From NCBI RefSeq assembly GCF_001194135.2, contig NC_068988.1:26500983-26564982 (forward strand): a stretch of DNA of 64,000 nt, written 5' to 3'. Below are positions 52,686-64,000 of the stretch, one piece after another (the first letter of the stretch is position 1; every line of letters begins with the position of its first letter). The DNA comes from Octopus bimaculoides. Lineage: Eukaryota. The position numbers and the translations under genes were made by a program. Below the pieces are notes generated by a model. That model saw only the letters and a program-made list of their open reading frames with translations. It had not been told where the DNA came from and did no database searches.

Positions 52686-54921
52686 TCGAATGTTATTTTC
52701 AAGGTACCACTTATCACATAATGCTCCGTTTGATTCATCACGATGGGTGTATTATCTCACTCATAGATACCTGTTTAAATTATTACATGAAGATGGTGCA
52801 TTTGGCATTGTGACGTAATCCATAAATACATTAATAAAATTCTACCGAAACAGATTTAGATTTTAAATCTCATTTCTGTTCCCCTTTTATACCTACGCTA
52901 CTACTAGGACACACGCTGAGTAGAATCTACAGTTTAAGTTTGTTACTTATAGATCTACAGTATCCTGCCAGCACTTGATACATTCTTTGTTTGTTTATTT
53001 CAGTGTGAACCTTATGTTATTGCCATTTATGGCGTCCAACTTGTTGATGTGGCTAAATTATATTGAGTTCTATGAATAATTAATACTTATGTGTGTGTGT
53101 TAGAGAGTGTTTGTGTTTGTGTGTCTGTGTGTGCGTTTTTGAGTTTGAATGTTTGTGTATGTGTGTGCTTGTGTGTGTGTGTATGTGTGAGTGCGTTTGT
53201 GTGTTTGTGTATATCTTTTAAAATTTATTGCTTCATAACGATATTTCACAGAAGATTTTTGAAAATGTTTTTTTTTTCCCTACATCCAAATTGTTGTTTG
53301 CATAAAGTCGTCTTACAATTGTTTACAACCAGTTTCAAATATAACTGAATGTACAGTCAATTCGACATCTATGATGTTAAGAAACTGTGGAACATATGTT
53401 TCCCTGTAGGCATAACTCACAGCTAATTCAATAATGGATACTTTGCTTGTTTACTTCCTTCCTCTATGTCTCAGAGAGAAATGGCGTATTTACAATATAC
53501 ATCATACTAGATTTCCATTTATCATGAACAATATCTCTAACGACGACATATAAAATTATATGAACTTATTTGATTTGTTGAAAACTATTTCCGACTTGTT
53601 TGCTCTTAGCATTTTCTGAATTTTTTTTTTATGATTTCAATATTTATGTTTAAATGTTTTTTTTTTTCTTGTTGAATTTTGAGTATTTTCTGGAGTGATT
53701 TAACAAGGACTAGTATTAGGTTTTCATGTCGTCATATTTTATTTATTTCGAACAGGATGAGCAATGATCAGAACAGTTTAAGTCTCATGATGGACAGAGT
53801 TAGTGAATTTACAACATCCGATATTATTGGAAAATCTACTTTGTGTTGAACATATCCCATGTAACAACGTTCTGAAGAATTAAAGGAGATGGTAGAAGCA
53901 ATAAACACGACACTCTGACCATGTTGCAAATGTTTATTAGGTTTTCTTTAAGAACTCTAATATCGGTGAACGTGCACGTTTTAGGGGTTATATTTCCAAT
54001 TTCAGACAAGAAGATATTTTAGTGACATGGATCTTTAAAGAAATTGAAAATACATCTACCCACTAGTTATATCGAATTTATGATGCTGAATGTATAAGAA
54101 CGTGACGTGAACGACGGAGCGTATGAGTTGTGTGTTGATTTGTAGGAAATAGCATACGAATAGCACTAAACGAATACATTCGACGATGTTTTCCTGGATA
54201 TTCTATCATCGAAACATTAAATGGAACGGGCGCAGTTGGGACGGCATTAATTACAGGTCCCAACGATCACAACTGATCTACAACTGAATATCAACAATAG
54301 TATAACTCGTTTTGCACTTATGTATCCGTTCCTGTAGAAAATCATCCAGTTTGAACTAGAAGCCTTCGTATATAACAACATACCTCCAAATGAACAATGG
54401 TAATGAAACTGCCATAGCGTTAATGAGATGAAGATGACAAAATAATGGCATGAGCAAACAATATTCAAAAGTTGTCTTATCAGACGTTCAAATGTTAATG
54501 CCAGTAATTATTGAATATCTAACTTTATTTTGTCTTAATGGTGCATATACGGTTTCTTTTTGCATATCTTTCTTTCGGCAGAGTTGTGAAATTAATATAT
54601 TTTCTCCAAATTTCGGAAGAAAATTAGATATCATTTTTGATTAAATTTAAAATGTAAAAATGAATGCGAAAACCTAAAAATAAAAGAAAAAAATGTGCAT
54701 TGTTGTTTTCTGTTGATTTTCCTTGCACCTGTATAAAATTATAAGAACGTTACATGAATTATATTCACTAAATTTGTTTTAACTTTTACGTCAATTTCTA
54801 TGTGTTAAATAAAACCTTAATTTGCAAATTAAATCTTGTGATCAAAATATAATTACTCAAATTGTTACAAAACTATAAAGAAAAACGATTATGAAAACAA
54901 CGAACATGGCTAATATCACGA

Positions 54922-54979
54922 TTACAACAACTACTACTACTACTACTACTACTAGTGCTACTACTACTACTACTACTAC

Positions 54980-55034
<55 letters not shown>
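54922..55034. repeat. (ACA)(CTA)n(AAT)n compound trinucleotide repeat
   Basis: Read directly. Confidence 0.96.
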
Positions 55035-55036
<2 letters not shown>

Positions 55037-55350
55037 CTTTTAACAATAATTACTTAGAAAATATTAAGTAGCAGAAAAGCATAAATATTAATATAAATTA
55101 TTTTTAATATCATCGTTTAAAATATATTCTGTTTTATATTATTAATATTAATATGAAATATTTTTCTTCAGCAATTTCACAACTAACTAAAGATTAATTA
55201 TAATATTAATTTGTAAGATTTTTTAAAGAATACTATATTTTAAATATGACAACTATCAGATTTTTCCTCTTAGCTAAGCAAACAAAGAAATCTCATCAAA
55301 ACTTAATTGACCATAAATCAATTATCACATGGAAATAACGGCTCTCCATG

Positions 55351-55410
55351 GACCAATCAGAAGTACATGATAAATCGAAGGGTTGGAATCACATGGACGC
55401 AAAATGGCGA
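55351..55410 (+). promoter_or_regulatory. Candidate CCAAT box plus YY1-like motif
   Basis: GACCAATCAG (55351-55360) and CAAAATGGCG (55400-55409). Motif match only. Confidence 0.2.
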
Positions 55411-56621
55411 AAATATTCTAATGAGAGGTTTTAATGATTCCTAGGGAAAATAAACGATACAATATTTGAGATGATATATTAGATTTTGTCGAGAAACAAC
55501 ACATTTCGATGTTTTAAATACGTGGTTTAGCTCAGGAATCGATAATTATTTAGCATCATTTAAAATGTTCTTAACAAAAGTATTGTTAATATACCAGTTA
55601 TCATGAGCTAAACTTAAAGCAGTTGAATGTATGTATACACACATTCATACATCCTACATATCACCGTTCCCTCTCACTCTCACTCTTCCTCCTTGACTCT
55701 CTCGTCGCTGACACGTCACGAAAGGGGATCGTTCTTTCTGTCCACTTCCTTCCTAAAGAAAAGACGTGCCTTTCCTGTTTCCTCATGGCTCATCTACCTA
55801 GCGTTCATAATAATAACTACATAAATATATAAACATATATATATATATATANNNNNNNNNNNNNNNNNNNNNNNNNNNNNNNNNNNNNNNNNNNNNNNNN
55901 NNNNNNNNNNNNNNNNNNNNNNNNNNNNNNNNNNNNNNNNNNNNNNNNNNNNNNNNNNNNNNNNNNNNNNNNNNNNNNNNNNNNNNNNNNNNNNNNNNNA
56001 TATATGTATATATATATATACATATATAAATATACACACATATGTATATTTACTTTAATACTTCTTAAATATTATTAGTGATGTCACAAACGCCCTTATA
56101 CCTAAAGTAATTTTATTTAAATTGATATAAGTGCCCATTCTTTTATATCGATTTAAATTAATTAATACACAAACGCTATCTATTTTGAAATATTTAGCCA
56201 ATCAAATTTGTTTTGAATTTACGTGATCCATACCGATATATTTTAGGGGTGAGTGCATCATTCTTTGAGAGTATATGTATATATTATTCATTTCTATGTA
56301 CTTATTCATTTATCTGTATATACATGTATATATACATGTATATATGCATGTATATAAGAGTGTAAACGCTTTACGTGGACAAAATATGCGTTATGTATAC
56401 GTGTTGACATATATATGTGTGCGTATGTATGCATACGTGTGTATATATAAATATAAATACATATATATATATGTATATATGTATATACATATATATGTGT
56501 GGTTCTATATATTTGTATTCATTTGTGTGAATTGGTGAACATACATGTATTAGAACGTATTTCTGCATATGAGCATACATATTTGCATCTATTGTTTGTG
56601 TATGTGTATATATGTGTGTGT

Positions 56622-56672
<51 letters not shown>

Positions 56673-57110
56673 NNNNNNNNNNNNNNNNNNNNNNNNNNNN
56701 NNNNNNNNNNNNNNNNNNNNNNNNNNNNNNNNNNNNNNNNNNNNNNNNNNNNNNNNNNNNNNNNNNNNNNNNNNNNNNNNNNNNNNNNNNNNNNNNNNNN
56801 NNNNNNNNNNNNNNNNNNNNNNNNNNNNNNNNNNNNNNNNNNNNNNNNNNNNNNNNNNNNNNNNNNNNNNNNNNNNNNNNNNNNNNNNNNNNNNNNNNNN
56901 NNNNNNNNNNNNNNNNNNNNNNNNNNNNNNNNNNNNNNNNNNNNNNNNNNNNNNNNNNNNNNNNNNNNNNNNNNNNNNNNNNNNNNNNNNNNNNNNNNNN
57001 NNNNNNNNNNNNNNNNNNNNNNNNNNNNNNNNNNNNNNNNNNNNNNNNNNNNNNNNNNNNNNNNNNNNNNNNNNNNNNNNNNNNNNNNNNNNNNNNNNNN
57101 NNNNNNNNNN

Positions 57111-57166
<56 letters not shown>

Positions 57167-58519
57167 TATGTATAACGTAGCTTTAAGAATTCGTTTAGTA
57201 TCAACGCGCATCAAGTTGTATAATGGCTGTTATTCAAGATATACGATGGTTTATGTGCTGTTATTATTTTCATGCAATTAAAGCATGCCAGACAGTATTT
57301 TTAACACATCTGATGTCTCAGTGCAACCTTCAAGCACATCTCAGATGGCATAACAAGCTTAACATAGGACGATAGAATGAGAGAAAAGACACGAAAGGCG
57401 AGAAAGAAGTAATTATAAAAGGTGGAAGGGTGAAAAAGCGGAAAAAGAAAAAAGATATCGTCCTATTTTTAGCTTGATATGCAAAATGGAAAGTGCCTGA
57501 AGATTGCGCTGAGACACCAAGCGTATTAAAAAATATACCTTGGCACGCTTTCATCCGATGAAACTAATAGTAGTACATAAAAACATACACGGTGTTTATT
57601 AAATTACATACAGATAGATATATAGATATATATGTATGTAATATACATTTAAATGTAGATATATATGTGCATATATATAAACATGTACATACATACATAC
57701 ATGCATACATGCATACATACATACATATATGCATACATATATATATATATACATGCATGCGTATTTAAATTAATCGCCACCTACACCTTTATCTTTGCAA
57801 TTTTTCCACTTGTTTGCCTCGTACTTGTGTTTTTATGAAATCTCCTCTGTTCTTGTCTATTGTTTAGCATAAATTTGCTTTTACTGCAATGAAATATATT
57901 GCATTCGATAAAGAATGCTAAATGTTGTTTTGTCCTCTGTGTGTGTGTGTGCGCCGCACGCACACATGAGTACGTGTATGTCAGTGTGTGAGTGCGTCAG
58001 TGTGTTTGCCTGAGTATGTGCGTATGTGTTTAGTAAAATGAAACTCTGTAGTTTTCTATCTGGTTACCTAACTGTTTTAGACACGGATGGCCGCGTGCTC
58101 TCATACAGTGTTATGTTACGGCATTTAATGAGATGAAAATACAGTACACATTTATTTACTTAATTTTCTAATGCTTTAAATTTAGTAAATTTAGATAATG
58201 TTTTTCAGACTTATCCATTAACTCGAGTTATACAGACATTAGATGAAACGGAAATTAATGGTGTAAATTCCATGTCTTTTTTAATGAAATTATCGAGCTA
58301 TTATAGTTAAGCAAAGATTTATACTATGTCGAACCAGGCTGCTTTCTTATTTCGCCAGTAGCTTATTTCGTGTTCATATGACACAATGCACGAAGTTATT
58401 ATCATATAATCAATTACTGGTCTTCCAAGACCAGTGAAAATTAAAATCACTAGTGCATCGAATTCGGCTTTGGGGATATTAAGTTACGTCCTTTTTTTAT
58501 TTTCTTATTTGAATGTCCA

Positions 58520-58620
58520 GAAGGAGATCAATAAAAAAAATGTAGCAAGTACTGGGTCGATATGATTGACTATAGCCCTCCTTCAGATGGTTTGGCATTT
58601 TGCCTAATTCAGAAAGGAAT
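58520..58620 (+). mobile_element. SINE family A 3' fragment, old
   Basis: GATCAATAAA...AGTACTGGGTCGATATGATTGACT...TTTTGCCTAAT. Confidence 0.5.
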
Positions 58621-59039
58621 TACTAATCATCACATGGAAAAGCTCTCCAAAAATAAAAGACATCGTTGTTTGCATGTATTGAACTTTAATTTTATATTAA
58701 AAAGAAAAATATAAACTATTGGCCAGTATAATTAGGAATACATTATAAAAACGTACTGGCTACAGGTTCCAAAAAAACATACTGGCTACCGTCTTTTATC
58801 ATACTTTATGTTTCCAACGTGCTCGTGAATATAATGGAATGCTATTGAACACAATTTCAAGTTATAGCTATTTAATGGTATATTGATTAAATATTTCAGA
58901 CGAAAATGATCACTATAATTAATATCAAAATAATTAATTAATATTCTTTACATAAACATAATTCAGACGAAAATACTACATTGCTTTCTTTCATATTTGT
59001 TTTGTTATGTTTATTTCTAAAAAAAAATTAATAGCTGTA

Positions 59040-59480
59040 CAAAGATTGTTACAGCTGCAGAAGTAGACATTTTTTTATTTTTGGAAATGGTAAACAATTG
59101 TTTTATGGAAACTGGTTTTCAATTACAGTTCAGCATGTATCACAAAACAGTGACTGATGTAATTGAAATTGAAGTCAAAAGAGTGATATCACAGAATGAG
59201 AGATATTTGCTATGGTATTTGAATTAATAAACCAGACAACCGGAGATCACTGGAACAGATGTTCTTATAACTGAAAAAGTTTCCGCCAGAGAATGATGTT
59301 GGTTAGAAATCATACTGTGACACATTTTAGAATGCGTAAGTCATTGACTCGAATGATGTCCAAAATGAGTATGGCACCATGGATGATATTCTCAACATCG
59401 ATAGCAAAGGCAACGAAGTGCTAAATGATAATGTCTGATAGGTTTGTACTGAGGACATGAAATACAAGATGGGTGCTATT
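59040..59480 (+). mobile_element. Possible piggyBac-like transposase remnant
   Basis: Frame-broken DHW.TDVLI...LEIIL*HI loosely resembles piggyBac DYWSTD...FE.ILR.LHF. Weak. Confidence 0.25.
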
Positions 59481-60568
59481 TTATAATCAATTTGTAATTA
59501 AGCCAGTTCTTCTATATTCTGACTCAGCAAATGTAGAATGACATAACTATGAACTTGGTTACATTTGATCTCTGAAAACAAATATAGCAACGAAATATCT
59601 TTACTCTTTTATAACTGAGCGGAAAAGGTTTTGTCTTGTAGTTTGAGTTATAGTAAACGTAGATATTATTAAAACATTGATGGAGTTTCAGCTAGAAACT
59701 TGCACAAGTGTTACTGGTAACTAATCATTTGTATGTATATGGTCATATATGTTAATGTGTGCTTCTGTAATCGGTCAATAATTTGTTGAACGCTGTGATC
59801 TTCCCATTTGGCCTTAAGGATCACAAAATTAATTTCTTTTCTGAATTTAAATGCAAAGTTTTTAAAAGCTCTAGGAGTGAGTTGTGTCAAGTAATCAAAG
59901 GAGCCCATCAATTCTGATATTGTAATGAATTTTTCTATCGCCAATTAGACAATATTTCCCAAGCATAGAAATATTTTACACTTTTTATACACAGAAGTTT
60001 TCAATAAGTTGCACTTACAAGATTATACTGCATCGTACTTTTTAAGCATCCGAAATCGTTCTCCAAATACCTGCTTACAGCTGTCGAATTCGCACTAGCA
60101 GTCACGTGAGAGGCTTCTGCTTATTTAATATAGAGGTATAGAGAGCGCTTCCACTACACATAATAGCACCGGAGGTAATACGTGAGATACACAGCCAACA
60201 ACTTCAAAGATTGTAGGAAAGAAAATGAGGGCAAAGAGAACGGCAACTTTTATAAAATATAATTTAAGTAGGCTATGTGTGCCATAATTTCTAATACCCG
60301 TAATAGCGAAAATGTGCTTCCAAGGTTACCCATCATAGAACGGGTAGCACTCTATTACCGTACACAATGTCAAATTTTAGTTGTATTTGTAAAGGAAGAA
60401 ACGTATTCAATTACGCATGTGCGAATCCATACATAAACGTATGTATGTGTGAGTGCAGGTGGGTTCATTTGTGAGTGGACGAATATATGTAATATATATA
60501 CACATGGATGTTTGTATATTGATGTACGTAGACACATGCACACAAACACATACACACATACAAACACG

Positions 60569-60607
<39 letters not shown>

Positions 60608-61294
60608 GGTTCAATACATTAAGCATGGATGTACTTGAACATTCTTCAGTTTCAACATATGTGATAGAGAATGATAAGAATTCGTGTCATTTTTTTAACA
60701 ACTGTGTGTATCAGAACGTCTAGGAAAGAGCGTAAGAGTAGAATAGTACGAATGTAGATGTATTAGTAGAAGCCATCATTTATTCATTCATAAGAAGCAA
60801 TAGCTGTTATCTCTTCTGAACGTTATATTCTCAGCTGAATATATACTGTTACTAACATAGAATTGAAAACTGTCCTAAATTTAAAATCAAAATCAAACTA
60901 AACTCTGGTGGAACATTCTTATTTTAAAATTCATCTTTGATTAAATACAGCACATTAAAATTTGAAATCTACAAAAATATACTTAAAATTTTTATCGATA
61001 GTCTTAAAATTCAAATCGATAGTGAATAGTATGCTGCATACAGACCCATAAATATGTGAGAATATATCACGAAGTAAGTACTTATAAATATTTTCTTGGC
61101 GTTTCCAAGGAACAACATAGGCACAGTTTTGGAATTAAGTCATGCAATAAAGTTATTTTCACTCCCACAAACGCCGAGCATTTTAATATTTAGTTTGAGC
61201 AAGTGCCAGAAAATACTCCACCTCCAAGAGAGATGGGATTTCGAATATGTTGTGTGTGTGTGAGGACTACTCTGCCATTCATCCTGCCTTGATC

Positions 61295-61385
61295 GATAAA
61301 ATATATGCCATTCCAGCACTAAAATGAATGTAATTGACTAGCCCCCTCCCTATGAATTTCAGTCTCGTGCCTATATTGGAAATGA
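61295..61385 (+). mobile_element. SINE family A 3' fragment, old
   Basis: GATCGATAAAATAT...GTAATTGACTAGCCCCCTCCC...AATTTCAGTCTCGTGCCTATATTGGAAA, followed by (GATA)n. Confidence 0.5.
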
Positions 61386-61407
61386 ATATAACAGGAGGGA
61401 AAACATG

Positions 61408-61418
61408 ATATAGATAGC

Positions 61419-61505
<87 letters not shown>

Positions 61506-61599
61506 ACAGACGGACGCACACGCACACAGGGAGACAGACACACAGACGGACAAACAGACAGACAGGTAGACAGGCAAGCAGACAGACAGATAGATAGAT
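61408..61599. repeat. (GATA)n/(GACA)n microsatellite abutting gap 61600-61699
   Basis: Read directly. Confidence 0.95.
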
Positions 61600-63954
61600 N
61601 NNNNNNNNNNNNNNNNNNNNNNNNNNNNNNNNNNNNNNNNNNNNNNNNNNNNNNNNNNNNNNNNNNNNNNNNNNNNNNNNNNNNNNNNNNNNNNNNNNNA
61701 TGACATATGAGTATTTTTCTGCGATATATGCATTTCTTTCTACCTACGGGTGTGCTTACATTTGTACATGTATACGCATGTGCGAAACTAGCAACTCTTC
61801 CTTTCCATATACGTTTACGCCTTGCAGTTTGCTCATAAAGAACGTTGGAATTTGCTTCACTCTGCTACGTATAGCTACGTATGCAACAATAAATTTATTG
61901 TAATCAACGACGTGTCACAACGAATTATTTTAGCTCATGGTAATAGGAAGAACTTGGAAAGTACCTGAGGCGAATATAATCTATTCTGGTCATTGCCAAA
62001 CGTTCTAATGTCTATTTTCTCAACGGTTATTTAATGGGAAATGTTTCCTACTTAAAGATTTATTTACTCTTTGGCTAAATTCCCAGTATTGTATACTATT
62101 TAGTGATGTAAAGAACAATTTAGGAAACTGTCAGATAAAAAGATTAGAGTAAATACTGCTTTGTGGATTGCTTTGTCTTTACTTAGATGACTTGTTTCTT
62201 AAAGAAATTAGATGGGACACACTGTCAAATATTTGAGACCGCAGCTGATTTACTTCGTTCACGCTATATAAAATCATACGTCGTTAAAGATTAGCCTTAA
62301 AAGTTTATTACACGCATTTTTTTCTACCCAGTTCTCCTCTGTGTCTCTCTCTCTTTCTTTCTCTCTTACTTCCATATATGTGTGTGTATGTGTGTGTGTG
62401 TGCGTGTATGTGTGTGTGTGCGTGCGCGTTATGTGTGCGCGTGGATTTACATGCAGCACATACATACACATACATACAAAAATATATATACATATATATG
62501 CATGCAAATCTACGTATGAATATGCGTGTGTAGATCTATGTATATATATATATATTTATATAATTTTCCAGTAAATTTTGTAATCGTTACCAATATAGCA
62601 TAAGACTTCACCCAAAAGGATCATTGATTAGATTCCTTAAGGATATATATATAAATATATATAGATATACAAACACACGCATACACACATAAACATACAT
62701 ACGTACACACACAGATATATATATATATATATATATACATATATATATAATAGAAATATGTTACAAAAAGAAAATAGAAACTACACATGGAAATGTAAAG
62801 GGAAAGTAAGAAGAAAAATAAGCGAAAATGCACATTGGAAATCCCAAAAAGTAAGGGCCTTTTATGAAAAGTAGCGATAGATATATGCAATTAGATGAAC
62901 TGAGGTAGGAATAAAAGTAATAAAAGTCATTATTGTGAATTTTTAATGAGATTCAAAAGCATACCGGTTACGTAATGTTACTAATCATTGCTTTATATAT
63001 ATATATTCACATTGAAGCATGCATCCGCACACTTATGTACACCCAGGGATGATTGCCTATTTGTGCGTGAATATTTGTTGTCACTTAATTGTTTCTGTTT
63101 TGCTTACTCAGAGATAAGTTGAGACTGACTGAGTAGACCTTTGGAGAAAGACATTCCAAATGTGACGGCCACAAATTTCTAAAGTTGTTAGAGTGTGATT
63201 CGAGAGTGATGTAGCCGTGTAGAGTGATTCATGGTCGACGGAAGTTATTGATTTTTGTTCGTTTCACGTACAATAAAAATAACTAGAATCTCTGCAGATG
63301 TCTTCTTTATGTAACCGGGAGAATTTATTTACTGTTGCCTATGTCCAAATGCTGAAACAATTCAAATTATTTGGGAGATCACTTGCGGAAAATTCGAACT
63401 TAATTTTACATAATTCCTTTACCAGTTCTGGAAGACTTTATTTGAATTAGATACGTATAAACAAATTATAACTGCTTATTCAGATGTAAAATCTAAGTAT
63501 AAAATAGACTGGCCACATTTCGCTACTAAATTAACCGTGACCATAGTCTTGCCAATTGAATATTGTCTGTGTTTATGAAAGCAACCTTGCATATGCACAC
63601 ATGCATAATCATATATATATAAACACCTACATACATACATATATGTATGTGTACGCCTGTTCAGTTGAATGTTTCAGTGTGTATGCATGTGAATAAATTC
63701 TTGTGTAACTTTGCATATATTTTGTTATTATTGATGTTACATCTCTTCTGCTAATTTGTCAATATATGTAGCTCTAGTATCAATATTAGCCAATGAAATG
63801 ACGCAGAACAGTTTCCTTCTCTACTGAATGCTATCTTTAGATTGGACGCCGCGATACAATTGGTGTGCTAGACAATGATAAAACTATAAATAACAATCGT
63901 TGTTACTTTATAATATGTAGTTCTCTTCGCCTTTATACCTATGTTATATATATG

Positions 63955-64000
<46 letters not shown>

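Larger units (their letters stand above)
6044..61699. other. 15 assembly gaps (N runs)
   Basis: 6044-6813, 7934-8510, 9812-10170, 12232-12289, 14457-14950, 15797-16137, 25307-25382, 29553-30182, 30835-30899, 33752-33835, 49611-49637, 52137-52639, 55852-55999, 56673-57110, 61600-61699. Confidence 0.99.

Noticed and set aside
515-62890. Most ORF-track entries (YI/CV/TH/ER/SIYL-repeat peptides and poly-X ORFs)
   Set aside because: They are translations of di- and tetranucleotide microsatellites or read through N gaps.
1-64000. CRISPR array, operon or prokaryotic defence system
   Set aside because: The sequence is eukaryotic and repeat-rich; there is no regularly spaced repeat-spacer array and no long ORF.

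Overview
AT-rich, microsatellite-dense eukaryotic intronic or intergenic DNA from a gapped short-read-style assembly. There are 15 N-gaps (about 4.7 kb), most flanked by TA/CA/TATG repeats. The SINE repertoire and repeat style point to an octopus (cephalopod) genome; this is recognition from memory, not a database result. I cannot support any complete host protein-coding gene, and most ORF-track entries are microsatellite or N-gap artefacts. Supported content: about 20 tRNA-derived SINE copies of three families; decayed non-LTR retrotransposon fragments (three R4/Dong-like, two or three RTE-like); a Ty3/Gypsy integrase fragment; a Tc1/mariner transposase remnant; two copies of a mariner-type MITE. 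The most interesting signals are RNA structures the ORF track does not show: a complete minimal type I hammerhead ribozyme fold at 15434-15475 (minus strand, variant core CCGAUGA, palindromic stem III as in Penelope-like elements), a second unrelated degenerate hammerhead fold at 19659-19694, and a 69-nt near-perfect hairpin at 48474-48542 formed from a repeat end. A few isolated exon-like and promoter-like segments are flagged at low confidence.
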